A DNA stretch of 55,976 nucleotides, filler included, from Basidioascus undulatus (Eukaryota), in the NCBI GenBank assembly GCA_000826855.1. It is 4 parts of 4 records of this genome, joined end to end, with 100 filler letters (N's around TTAATTAATTAA, not from the genome) between each part and the next. Parts side by side here need not be neighbours in the genome. Positions count along the whole stretch, not along the records: positions 1 to 13,941 come from JTLS01000770.1; positions 14,042 to 27,976 come from JTLS01000771.1; 2 more parts are not named here. One strand, 5' to 3'. The position numbers and the translations under genes are program-made. The notes under the pieces are model-generated. The model had not been told where the DNA came from. It did no database searches and saw nothing but the letters and a program-made list of their open reading frames with translations. The first letter of the stretch is position 1, and the number at the start of each line of letters is the position of its first letter. This document shows positions 10,171 to 21,146 of the stretch, in pieces.

Positions 10171-12034
10171 ATGCCTCCCCTTAAACCTTGCTCCCAGTCC
10201 CAGCCCAAACCTTCTCTCCTCTCCCGCACCGCGGCCCTCCCGCTCGCGCCCTTCCGCTTCCTCGCCCAGCCAGCGACCACGACCGTGCTCGTACGCTCCA
10301 CCGTCCTCGCCGCGCTCACGCTCGCCAGCCTCTCCGCGGCCTGCGTGGCGTTTGGCGTCTTCTACTGGTGCTACGTGCCGGTCAGGGGGTGGAGCGATGT
10401 GGCTTATCTGCAGTTCGGGTGAGTCTACGCATTCAGTCCGCACGTTTCGTCGAACCCATGTCGGTTGATCCTCCCCTCGCAAATAGGCTCCCCGAACCGC
10501 CCTTCGCGGAGCTCGCCCTTCCCAAGCACATCATCTTTCCCGACCAGCCGTACGACATCAGCCTCTCGCTCGACGTGCCCAACAGCGAGCACAACCTCAA
10601 CCTCGGTCAGCCCCTGCCCGGGCCCCAGCCGCCGCGTGGCATTCTCCCTGGCTGACCCTCCAGAACGCTGCGTGTTGACGAGTCGGCGACACAGGAAACT
10701 TCATGGTCTCGCTCGAGCTCAAGACGGCGGCAAATCAGTCCGTCGTGTCCTCCCGGCCCGTACGTCTTCCTGCCGTACCTCCTTCCCTCCGTGACAAGCT
10801 CAGAAGCGCTCCACACCTGCAGGCTATCCTCCGCTATCGCCCCCCGCCGGTCATCTTCCTCCGCTCGCTATTCCTCCCCTTCTCCTCAAACGAGCGCCAG
10901 ACCATCGTCCTCCCGCTGCTCGAGAAGCACGTCCTCCGCCCGACGGCGCGCGCCGCGCGCGCCGCGCGCGCGAACGAGGCTGTTGCCGCGCGCGTGAGCG
11001 TCGGGCGCAGGGACTGGAAGGCCAGCGGGCAGAACAAGGAGCTACAGGTATATAGCGCGCGCGTGCGGTTCGATGCGAATCTGCAGGGCATCGGGTGCGC
11101 GCATCTCTATTCCTCTTCGACCCTTTGCGCAGTCTTATTTGGATTCCTTCGCAAAACCAGATATCTGCTCTACCACCACCCCATCCTCTCCTTCGCCTTC
11201 TTTGCGACCCTATCCTTCTTCACAACGCTCATCACCGCCCTGCTATCATGGTACATCCTCACGCCTTCCACCGCCCCCTCCACCCGCGGGCCCGCCGCCC
11301 TCCGCCCGCGCGACGCCCGCGTCCAGCTCGAAGCGGCCGACGAGCGCGACGCGGCGGAGCGCCGGGCGCGCAGGCGCGAGCGCGACGAGCGCTATGCGAG
11401 GAGGATGGACCTCGTGGATGTTGGAGGGGAGCAGCTGGAGGAGCGCGATGAGAAGGGGTGGGAGACAGATGAGGAAGAGGTGGGGGAGGAGGAGAGGGAG
11501 AGGGAGGAGAGGGAGAGGGAGGAGAGGGAGGACGAGGACGAGGACAAGGACGAGGAGACAAAGACTCAGTCGCCGACCCAGTCGCCCGTACTCGTTTCTG
11601 CACCGCAGCCAGTTACTGTCAAGCCCGAGCCGCCCTTGGACGAGGAGGACGACAGCCTCTCGATCTCGCACGGGGTGCGTGCCTTCCTCCTCCTTCCCTA
11701 TCCCATCTCCCCTCTCCCATTTCCCATTTCCCATCTCCCTCCTTCCCCTTTCCTCTTCCTCCTCTTCGGCCAACACCCAAATAACTCACCCCTCTCCCCC
11801 TACCAGTCCCAAACCACCCGCGCCCCGCCCTCCTCCTTCGGCCCGACCCTCCGCTCCTCCTCCTCGACCTCCTCCCCGCCCAGCTCGCGCTCGCCCAGCC
11901 CTGAGCCGGCGACGTACGCGGACGTGCTGGATGACGTTGATATGGGCAAGCGAGAGAGGGGGGCGAGGCGCCGCAGCAGGTCGGGAAGGTGGGGCGACGA
12001 TGAAGAGGAGAGGGAGGGGGGGAGGAGGCGGTAG
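10171..12034 (+). CDS. SEI1: Seipin (lipid-droplet biogenesis, BSCL2/Sei1 family), multi-exon
   Basis: Transmembrane helix then FYWCYVP...YLQFG, QPYDISLSLDVPNSEHNLNLG/NFMVSLEL, LQVYSARVRFDANLQGI/RYLLYHHPILSF, a second transmembrane helix and an acidic tail. Confidence 0.92.
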
Positions 12035-12112
12035 GAGAGGGGAGAGGAGGAGATGGGAGATGGGAAGAGGGGAGAGGGAAGAGGAAAGAGGGATAGGAAA
12101 GAAGGGACGTAC

Positions 12113-13247
12113 TTGCACATCCGCAAGTTGGCGTCGAACGCGTCGAACGACGGGGAGAGGAAGGAGCACTTTTCCTTGACCTCCTCGATCACGTGAGACT
12201 GGTCCATGAGGTTCCACTGCCGGAAAGAGACGAGCTCTTTTAGGTGGTTCGTCAGGAGCTTGCCGCCCATATCGATGCTGGTGGGCCCGGGGGGGCGGGG
12301 GTTAGCACGGGCTTGGGAGGGAGAGGACAGGGGAGAGGAGGAAAAAGGACGCACCGCCTCACACCGCTTTCGATCACCCGCCCCTGTATGACGGGCACGA
12401 CGTGCGTAAAGCTGAACCCTGTGTCCACGACGAGGCAGCACTCGGGCGCGGGCGTGTCGGGTCCGAAAGTGTTCCCGTAGGAAAGCAGTGCAGCAGCTGT
12501 CCTCCCGCACCGCTGACATCGATCAGCCAGGAAGCACGGGGCAGCAGAGGCTGAAGGGGAGGAGAGGACAATATAGGGGAGGAGGGAGAGCGACGCACCC
12601 GGACAAGCATAGTACGCCGGGAACTCGTACTCCTCAAAGACTATCTGGTCGTACGACGCGAGGATGTTGGGCGGTGTGAGGGGCGGGACGGTGAGGAGGA
12701 GGGGGGTCGTGTGGGGGTCGACCTGTCCTCCTACCTCCACAACGTCAGCCTAGTCGGGGGGAGGGAGTGGAGAGAGGACGGACGTTGAGGGACTGGGGAC
12801 CCAGAAGACGGTCCCACACTCTCTTTTCGTTGTCCCAGTTCGTGAGCATGCCCTGCGGGAGCATCAGGCTTGTCAGGGTTAGGGGAGAGGAGGGGGAGGA
12901 AGATCCGAGGGTGGGGAGAAGGAAGAACGCACGCGCTCGAAGGCCCTCCGATAAAGTAGCCCCGAAAAGTCCTTGCACTCGTCGACCTCGTCCCCGACAT
13001 AGGTCGTCGCCTTGCGGTCCGCCTTAGAGCGGAAGATGGCGTTGGGGAAAAGCCTGTTTTCGGGCGGTGGGTGGTCAATCAAACGAAGGGGAATGGTGAG
13101 GGAGGCGAGAGGGAAGAGGTACTTCGGGGAAGGGTCCTCGGCCGTTGATAGGCCCGCTTTGATCGTGTGTGCGCCGTTGTCGAGGATGAGGACCAGCGGT
13201 GGGCCGGGAGGCGCTTGGGACGAGGAGGCGGTGGACTTGCGCGGCAT
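12113..13247 (-). CDS. ARP6: Actin-related protein 6 (SWR1 complex); only the N-terminal ~60% is present
   Basis: LILDNGAHTIKAG, LFPNAIFRSK, YRRAFERGMLTNWD, YDQIVFEEYEF, CLVVDTGFSFTHVVPV, IDMGGKLLTNHLKELVSFRQWNLMDQSHVIEEVKEKCSF. The donor after 12113 has no matching downstream exon. Confidence 0.92.
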
Positions 13248-13545
13248 GAGGGTGAGCGAATGGGCCGGGATGCGGGCCCGATCGAAGAGGTGTTAGTGTT
13301 TGAAGAGGGTAAAACAAGATAGTGGGGTTGATGTTGAGATGTTTGGTCAGTATCCGAATGAAGAGGATGAACGGTGGGCGTGAAAGAGCAAGACGCGTCG
13401 AGGTCGCGTCGGGTTGAAGTTGGTTGAAGTCGCGTGGCTACTATCGATACTAGTGTCGTCTAACAAATCTTGTAGCGGCTTCTTTCCCGCGCTGCCTTCC
13501 TCTTCCTGCTTGCCTGCTCACCCTCAACGTCTCCATCCCCCCGCG

Positions 13546-13776
13546 ATGACCTCCCTGTTCTCCCCCGCCGAGACGTCCTACACGCTCGCCGGGCTGCTCT
13601 CCACCCCGCCCGCGCGTTCCGACGGCCGCGCCCTCGCAGAGTACCGGCCCCTCCGCGTCGCCCGCGCCGTCAGCCAGCAGGCCAATGGGTCTGCCCGCGT
13701 CACGGGCGCGGGGTGCGACTGGCTGGTGGGCATCAGGGCGGAGGTGGGGCCTGGTGAGGGCGGACTAGAGGTCGGG
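13546..13776 (+). CDS. RRP42: Exosome RNase PH-like subunit Rrp42, first exon only (contig end)
   Basis: MTSLFSPAETSY...RSDGRALAEYRPL...QANGSARV...LVGIRAEV is typical of the Rrp42/EXOSC7 N-terminus. A GTAAGG donor follows at 13777. Confidence 0.82.
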
Positions 13777-13941
13777 GTAAGGATGGTGAATTGCTGAAGC
13801 GGCAGAAGGGGAGAGAGGAGCGTGAGGAGGAGGTGAGAGAGGGTAGCGGGGGGGATGGGGGGCAGGGTGGGCGAGTTTTGGGCAATGGTCAGGCCGGCAG
13901 CGCCGCTGCCGATGACCAGAACATCGTGCTAGAAGTGGTGG

Positions 13942-14041
13942 NNNNNNNNNNNNNNNNNNNNNNNNNNNNNNNNNNNNNNNNNNNNTTAATTAATTAANNN
14001 NNNNNNNNNNNNNNNNNNNNNNNNNNNNNNNNNNNNNNNNN
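13942..14041. other. Artificial contig linker N44-TTAATTAATTAA-N44
   Basis: 100-bp spacer whose palindromic core places stop codons in all six frames. Confidence 0.99.
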
Positions 14042-16159
14042 GGACGAGGAGGCCGATGCGCGCGGCTTCGGTGTATGCCGCTGACGGGGAGGAGGTGCGC
14101 GCGGCGGAGGAGGAGGAGAGTGAGATGAGGAGCGTGAGGTAGAGCCTGTGTAGGGGAATGGACGGGTGCGAGGACGGGGGGAGGTGCGCGCGGAGAGGCT
14201 CCAGATGCGGGTGCAGCGCTGCGAGGGCCGCAGCTGGCTCTGTGGGCCGTTTAACGTTCGTCAGCCCGTTACAATCTCCCTCAACGTCCAGATGATGGAG
14301 GAGGTGGTGCGACGCACTGCTGAACTCCAGTTTCTCAGCCTTCTTCAGTGCCCTCGCCGCTTTCCGCCGCACCTCCTCCGCCTTCTCCCGGTCCACGCCC
14401 GGCAGTATGCGCTCACGCGGATCGTCCTCCCTGGGAACGGGCGAAGGGCCAACGTCAAAGAAGTACCGCTCTTGAAGGTCTTTGCGCTGCTCTTCGTGCG
14501 GGATAGCGAGGTCCACGTAGGATGTGAGGACCTGTGACAAGCAATTTCATGTGTCAGTCTGGCGCATGGCACCAGGAGATGGGAACAGGGACAGGAGAGG
14601 TAGAGGAACGGACCTCGGAGCCGGGCGGGATTTCCTTGATCGCTACCACCTCCATCTTGCTCCCACCGTGCGGGAAGACGACGACCGCGTTGGGGGTGAA
14701 CGAGTGATTGATGAGCGCAACGGTGGGGCAGATGGCAACGCCAATGTTGGACAGGTCGGGGGAGGTGAGAGAAAAAGAGTTGGTCGTGAACTGAGATCTC
14801 ACCCGGGTTCTGAGCATTCCGCACTTCTCGCGACCAGCGAGAGAGCGGTGCGTGCGAACGTACCTTGGCGATGAGGTCTAGCAGTGCGGCTGGGGAGGGC
14901 AATCCTAGAGAGGCAAGGTCCACCGGCGACGAGGCGGATGGGGAGAGGTACCGCGAGAGGAGGAGTGCGAGCTGCGCGTGCGATTGGGAGGTGTTGGGCG
15001 AGAGGGAGGAGCGGTCTGCTAGGCGGTTGTGAGCTTTCACCGCGCACGTTAGACTAATGGGCGGAAACCCGCACGAGATTGCATGTCCTCGACTTCCTTC
15101 CACTGAACATGGTCCTGCACATCAGTCGACGGCTTGAGTGAAACTGAGCCCAGCTTTGAGAGACGCACCCAGGCCGCATCGTGCTTTTCCTTCCCCCACA
15201 CCAGTCGCGCGAGCGCTCTCACAGCCTCTCCAGGCACTCCAGGTACACCCTTGCTCTTGAAGTCCGGATGAAGCGGATCGAAGTTACCGTCCTCGGAGCT
15301 GGGCGGCACCGGCGCCGGCGGTGCGCTGCGAAAGGAGCGGAGAGCTTCGCATTCTGGGCGATGGGCAGCCCAGTCGGCGCGCTGGGCTTCCTTCGATCGC
15401 GTGAGCGACGAAAGCCAAATCAAGTCAGTCTACGACGCGAAAGGCGAAGCGTGAGTGGCTGACTTTCGAGCTGTACTTGACGGTCTGGCATGCCATGCAA
15501 GCGAAGACTTTCGGCTGTGCAGCGGGCGAGGGAGACGTAGGCGGCGGTGCGAGTTCGCCGGGTTCGAGAAAGGTGGTTGAGCAGCGGATGGGAAGGAGGT
15601 GCGAGGAGAGGACGGCCGCATGGGGCGTGAGGGAGAGGAGGGTAGTGCCTGTACGAGACAGGTTGATCAAGTGAGTGTCGAGTGGGAGGCCAGCAGTCTG
15701 GGCATGCATCGTGCAAGCGGGGCAGGTCGCAACATATTTATTCAAATTCGTCGACTAGTCGTCGAGCAGGGGAACAGTAGGATTCCGAATGGAGGGCAAG
15801 GATACAGAAGACACAGACGCACCAGGCTTGATGGCACTCTGCCTGTCCTTCTTTACCCAAACACCCCTCCCCCGGCCTTCCGTCCTCCGCACCTCCAAGT
15901 CCTCCGTCAAACCCCGCAGAAGTTCACCCTCATCCGCCTGCTCAGGCTCGTCCTCCCCCGGTGCTGCAGCAGGCGCCATCTCGACCTCGGGCGTCGCCTC
16001 GAACGCCTGCGCTACCGCCTCGCGGATTTCTGGCGGCGTCTGCTCGGGCACTACGACATTGCCGTAGTCCGATGCTGTTGGGATTGGTTGCTCTGTGAAT
16101 GCTGGCTTGGAGCCGAGGCGGCGGTTGCGCTGAGCTGCGAGGGAGGCGAAGGAAGACAT
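14042..16159 (-). CDS. SMYD-type SET and MYND domain lysine methyltransferase (3' end cut by contig edge)
   Basis: LEVRRTEGRGRGVW (SET-N), a MYND-like insert CMACQTVKYSSK/EAQRADWAAHRPEC, FTTNSFSLTSPDLSNIGVAICPTVALINHSFTPNA, and IKEIPPGSE/VLTSYVD...LQERYFF. Confidence 0.9.
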
Positions 16160-16296
16160 GATTGTGCGAGGGCAAGTCCCCCAAGGCTCAATAAGCTTGA
16201 AATACTAGGCACGACTAGTAGTCGGAGTTCTAGCCCTCTCGAGCGTCTTCTCTCGTGCCTTGCCTCTGACCGTCATCCCCCCTGCACCCTTTCGCC

Positions 16297-16763
16297 ATGC
16301 TCGCCCCTTGCACCCGCCTCCTGCGCTCATCACCCATTGCGCCCCGCTCAATACGTCTCACGCGCTCGTACGCGGCTAAGGCGGCCCCGGCGGCAGCGGC
16401 CTCCGACGCGCCTGCCGCACCTGCTGCAGCAGCCGAAGACAAGCCTCCCGGTTCGTCCAGGCGCACCCTCACCCCTTCTCTCCAAGTCTTAGCGACCCAA
16501 CAACACTATCCTCGACAGTATCCCGCTCCTCCTGCCTCGCCGGCACCCCTCTTCCTGGCCTCGAGGTCCTCAAGACCGACACCGAGATCGTCGCGCAGCC
16601 CGACTCGGCGTACCCCGACTGGCTCTGGACGATCCTCACCCCAAAGCTCGGCTCTCATCAGCCTGTCGCGGATGGGAAGTTCGACCCTGTGGCGGAGAAG
16701 AAGAAGTTGAGGGCGAAGAACCGGGCGGACATCAAGGCGAAGAACTTCTTGAAGGCGACCTAG
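16297..16763 (+). CDS. MRPL37: Mitochondrial ribosomal protein mL54 (yeast MrpL37), 2 exons
   Basis: Mitochondrial presequence, then SSCLAGTPLPGLEVLK...IVAQPDSAYPDWLWTIL...KKKLRAKNRADIKAKNFLKAT*. Confidence 0.9.
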
Positions 16764-17989
16764 AGGTGTTCGGGAGCGAGGGATGGACATTGCATTTGGG
16801 TTGAGGAGCGTTGGAGAGGCTGTGAGTGCTTGTGGGGGGACTTTCTCGGACCTGGAGGGATGGTGTCCTAGCAGTCCCGTGGCTTGGTCGAGCACCCCTT
16901 GCTCACAATATAACCCACCACTCGACTCAGCTCACTCCCCATCGAATACATTTCTCTTCGATCTCTTTTGATCTTCTCATCCCTCTACTTACCCGTGCCC
17001 AACTTCTCGCGCCAATTCGCTCTTTCGTCGCTGAGGGCTGCTCAAGAGCCCTTCGCCCTTTACTCACCTGGCCCCGCCTCCCGCCCTATCGCCTGAGCGC
17101 GACTCCGCACATTCCCCTTCCTTTTTCCCCTCTCAGCTCCTCAATCGAAGAGCGCAGTTGCTCATCGCCCGAAGCACTATCGCCTTCGGAATCTCCGTGC
17201 AGCGCTCGTGTGCCGACCGCCCTACATCAGTCACAATGCACTCGGACGTTTGTGCGTACACAAGAGAGGCAATGGGACGCCGCCTCGATCACACCATCGA
17301 GCAGCTACCCACGCGCAACCTGCCGCTTGTGCCAGTCGGTGCTGATTGAGCGATTGCAACGACCTTTTTTTCCGCAGCTCACAGCTCAACCACATGAATC
17401 GAATAACAGCGGTAACCAGACTGCGACGGGCACAGGGAATGGTTGCGAATGCTCGTGAGAAGAGATGGTATATCTTGGAACAGAAAGACACATCCACCCT
17501 CGCCCACGAGGATGCAGGTCACCCTTGAACAAGCGAGACGCGAATAGGAAGCTGGAGACCCTCTGATTCTCGTCCTATTACGAGGGGCAACAGAATCGCG
17601 ATGTGGGCTTGCTTGATCATCACGTCAACGGGATGGAAAACGGAGTTGCGGATGCTGGTAGAAAATTCGTTAGGTCGATCTATTCTGGCCGACCGTCGAA
17701 GTTCGTCACTCACAGGTAGGCCAACATCATCTGATTGACGAGCGTTGAGCTCGCTATCGACGACTTGCGCTGCCAGGAAATGCGTAGTGGTGCCTTGAAA
17801 CGCCACACGGTGGTCTATACAAGCGTCTCGCATCCACGCCCTTTATCTTCTCTGTCGGCTTTCGGGCATTGCTTCTGCTCACTTGGATGTCTCGCAACAT
17901 CAACTGCAACGCAACCCTCAAAACGACACATCTAAGTTGTGGACCCGATTTTTAGTCAATAATGCCAGTGGTCCGGCTTACCCGTTGCG

Positions 17990-19060
17990 ACCCAGATGTT
18001 CTACGGCTTCAGTATGACACTTGCAGCTCGCTGTTGGCGATCCGGTGAGTTTTTATGCCGGTCTAGCAAGTTGTGAAGCTCTAACCATCGGTGCTTCAAG
18101 GTGCATCGTGAGCTGGAACATGAGCATCGTGCTTTCTGTCCTGGCACCTCTTTGTGCAGCGGTGCAAGTGGCACTTTGGATGAAATATAAGTGTGTCATG
18201 TATTACACACTGATGTTCAGTTTGTTAATGGTTGATTTCAGCGGCCGTAACTGATACGGCCTATCTCATCGAAGGAACGGGCCGAAACATCATCGTGGCC
18301 CGAGATGAGTGATGCGGCGCTTCAACGAGCTTTCTCACTGAAAGTTTCCATGCAGACCGTTTGATTCCTATCATTTACAGCAGGTCTCATTATGGTTGCC
18401 GCTCGAATAGTGGTCACTGACAGTCATGCTTTCATCAAGTCTTCAGTACGCATTTGCAGCACCAGACCCGGTGCCCAGAAGCTCACCCTACGGTACGGTA
18501 CATCCACCAGCTATGATGGGGTAGTGGGGCTTTTTGTTGGTATCCACTCCTTTTCTCACTACCTCTGCTCAACACTGAAGATGGCAGATCTTGCTTCTAA
18601 GCGCTTCGAAACTTTGGCTTTCTTCACGGGTCCTGCAGAGCAGGCCAACCGTGACTCAAACACTCATACGTGATGGCATCATGTACTTTTCGGTTACGTA
18701 CGCATGTTACCTTTTTCAAACTACAGCAGACGCCGACGTGACGCTGTGAACAGGTTCGTTGTAAATGTCATTCAAGTCGTCATGAACATCTCATCTTTCC
18801 CCAATGATTTGCGCATGATGGTCGGGGTGAGTGACAAGTATCTTTGTGTCGGAGTCGAAAGCTTACTCTTGTAGCAGGTTACATCTATTGTAATCAGTAC
18901 AATAGGTCTGACACTTTACTGCTCAAACCGGTTCCTGAGACAAGTGACACATTGCAGATGGCAGCCACGCGGGCTGTCCGTCATCTCGCTAAATTCGGCT
19001 TCGAATCCAACGGATCGTACGTTCTGAATTACACAAAAGACCCTGTCGATTCTGTATTCT
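17990..19060 (+). pseudogene. Probable decayed, spliced multi-pass membrane protein gene
   Basis: Canonical short introns (GTGAGT at about 18044 and 18827, GTGTGT at about 18191, GTACGC at about 18698) flank hydrophobic exons such as RCIVSWNMSIVLSVLAPLCAAVQVALW and FVVNVIQVVMNISSFPNDLRMMVG/VTSIVISTIGLTLY. No continuous ORF could be assembled. Confidence 0.35.
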
Positions 19061-20063
19061 GAGTAACCGCCGCCACCCAGAACTCAGCCTGGACTGCGAA
19101 GCTCAAATCATAGCAAGTCATCGGCGACGAGGAAATCCCCATTCTATGAGCAGTCAACCCCTGGTATGTGACTTGATGGTTCATCAAAGGATTCTCAGCT
19201 CTAATTACATACAGAGGGAGTAATAGGGGAGTATACGAACTTTCCGGAACGTACGCCACGTCTCCGCTGACTCTCCGGAGAACATTTTCAAGTCTTTCGG
19301 CTGAACATCCACTTTCTTTTGGGCCCCCCGAGACTTCAAGCCTGCCGAACCAAGCGTAAACAAGAGCTTCGTCAGCACTGACAATCCCAATGACCCACGG
19401 CCCTTTCCCCCTGTTTGATATTCGACGTGGTTCATTTTCCGAAATTGTTACAACCCGACTATTTCCTCTGCTGTTCATGTCGTCGCCCGCACCATTGATG
19501 CGTATTGGACGAGCTTTGATGTGCTTGACTGAAATTCTTCGCTTCCAGTTCTCTGTGGGACCCATTATTAATGGACTCGGGGTCAGAGGCACCGGGAAGA
19601 TGACCCAAGTCTCCTACCGAAGAGGAATGAAATGGAATAAGAGCCTCTGCCTTTCTCTGCACACAGGAAGCTCAAATGCGATAGGGCGGAAAGACGGAAG
19701 TGCACATGCAATCGTCAAGACGACCGTGCCGTCGAGCTCCCTCTCTCGAGCGCCCAACATGCTCCATCCCCTGAAGTCGAGTCGGGAATCATTCAGCCAG
19801 AAGATGTAGTTTGAATTGATCAACATCAGTGATGCTTTCGCAAATAAGGAACGGCGGTGCAATGGAAGCCGCTGACTTTCATACAGTGTACTCTGTAGCT
19901 TTTCCAGTGCCGCACGAAGGTTGTACACGGGCTGCTCAATCCTATTAGCTGCAACAACCTCAAGCAGTCTATAGACCACCCAGTTGGGTAGGCCAACAAG
20001 AAAATCTACATCCATGGGATACACTTCATGTTCAAAATCGTATCGCCAGCTGTTGTCTCCCAC
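19029..20063 (-). pseudogene. Unknown ~340-codon reading frame interrupted by one TAG
   Basis: ORFs 19614-20063 and 19029-19592 are in the same frame, broken only by the stop at 19614-19616. The composition is protein-like, but no family was recognised. Confidence 0.3.
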
Positions 20064-20076
20064 ACTCCGACATCCC

Positions 20077-21146
20077 TCACTTCACCTCCATCCCGCCCCA
20101 CTCAAGCACCCTAAACTTCCCGTCGTCTCCGAAAGCCACGAGCTCCTCCTTCACGTCACCACGCCAAACCAGTCCACCAGCTTCCCTCTCGCCTCCTCCC
20201 ACTCGCCCACATCTTCAGCGCGAACGCCCTGGAAAAGCATGACAACGCTGACGACAGCGTTCGCGCGGGCAAGACGTCGAGCTTGGCCCAGGGGGAGTAG
20301 ACGACTGGCGGGAGGAACGTGAGGGCGGTGTAGGCGTGCTTGAGGATCGCCGGGAGAACAGTACCTGGTGAAGAAGAAGGCAAGTCAGCCGCGCTGTGAC
20401 TTCAGCAGGATTGAAAGCTGCAAGGCAACGGACTTGATGAACGACGTACGCGCCTCGGTGTGCTGCCCAAGCGAGAGAAGCGCTTTGTAGAGGTAGATGG
20501 GTGCCTCTCTCGAGGCAAGGAGGACGGCGACAGCGGGAGAAAGGTGCATGTGCGGACGGGAGGGGTCGAAGACGTTCAGGCCGGGGAGTCGGCAGGCGGC
20601 GTGTCCTGACAGGGCGAGTCCTGCGAAAGTGGGGTGAGCGGGCCCATCCACGCCCTTGACTTCCTCTATCCACGGAGAAACAGTGTCTGCCTTATTCGGC
20701 TTCCCAGAACAGACAGCTTGCCTCCAGCCCGGCGCGATCCTTCAGCACCCTCCTTTCTCCGGCCTAACCTCCCACTCGACGCTCCCACCCTCGCCGCCCT
20801 CGACCCCCGCCTTGACAGGAACACCCGATAGACGCCCAAGAAGTCCCACTGCTGGACCAGCGAGAGGTTGACGGAGACGTCGAGCGACGCGGGCAGAAGA
20901 GGTAGATGACCGGCTGGCCGCCGCAACGGCGCAGGAACAGGTGTGCACCGCCGCCTCCTCGATTCCGTATTGGTCAACAGTGCGGTGATCCTGCAGCTAC
21001 TTCCCTGCAAAGATGAGGCGTTGCTGGTCGGGCGGGATGTCCCTCTTCTGCTGGATGAGGCTCTTGAGGTCGTCGACCTTGTCCCACGGCCAGACATCGT
21101 AGGCGATTCGCTCCGCCGTCTGCGTCTTGACAAAGATCTCCAACCC
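20077..21146 (-). pseudogene. Pseudogene of a ubiquitin-like domain fused to a 'KPVIYL...HTEARTSFI...FRVLEWGGMEV' domain (basidiomycete family)
   Basis: LEIFVKT...[40 protein letters not shown] has a TAG at 20997-20999. Frameshifted downstream pieces read HLFLRRCGG-QPVIYLF, VSVNLSLVQQWDF, LGQHTEARTSFI, LPAILKH and FRVLEWGGMEVK*. Confidence 0.85.

Noticed and set aside
13986..13997. TTAATTAATTAA as a biological motif or piggyBac TTAA site
   Set aside because: It is centred in identical N-runs three times, so it is a synthetic six-frame-stop linker.
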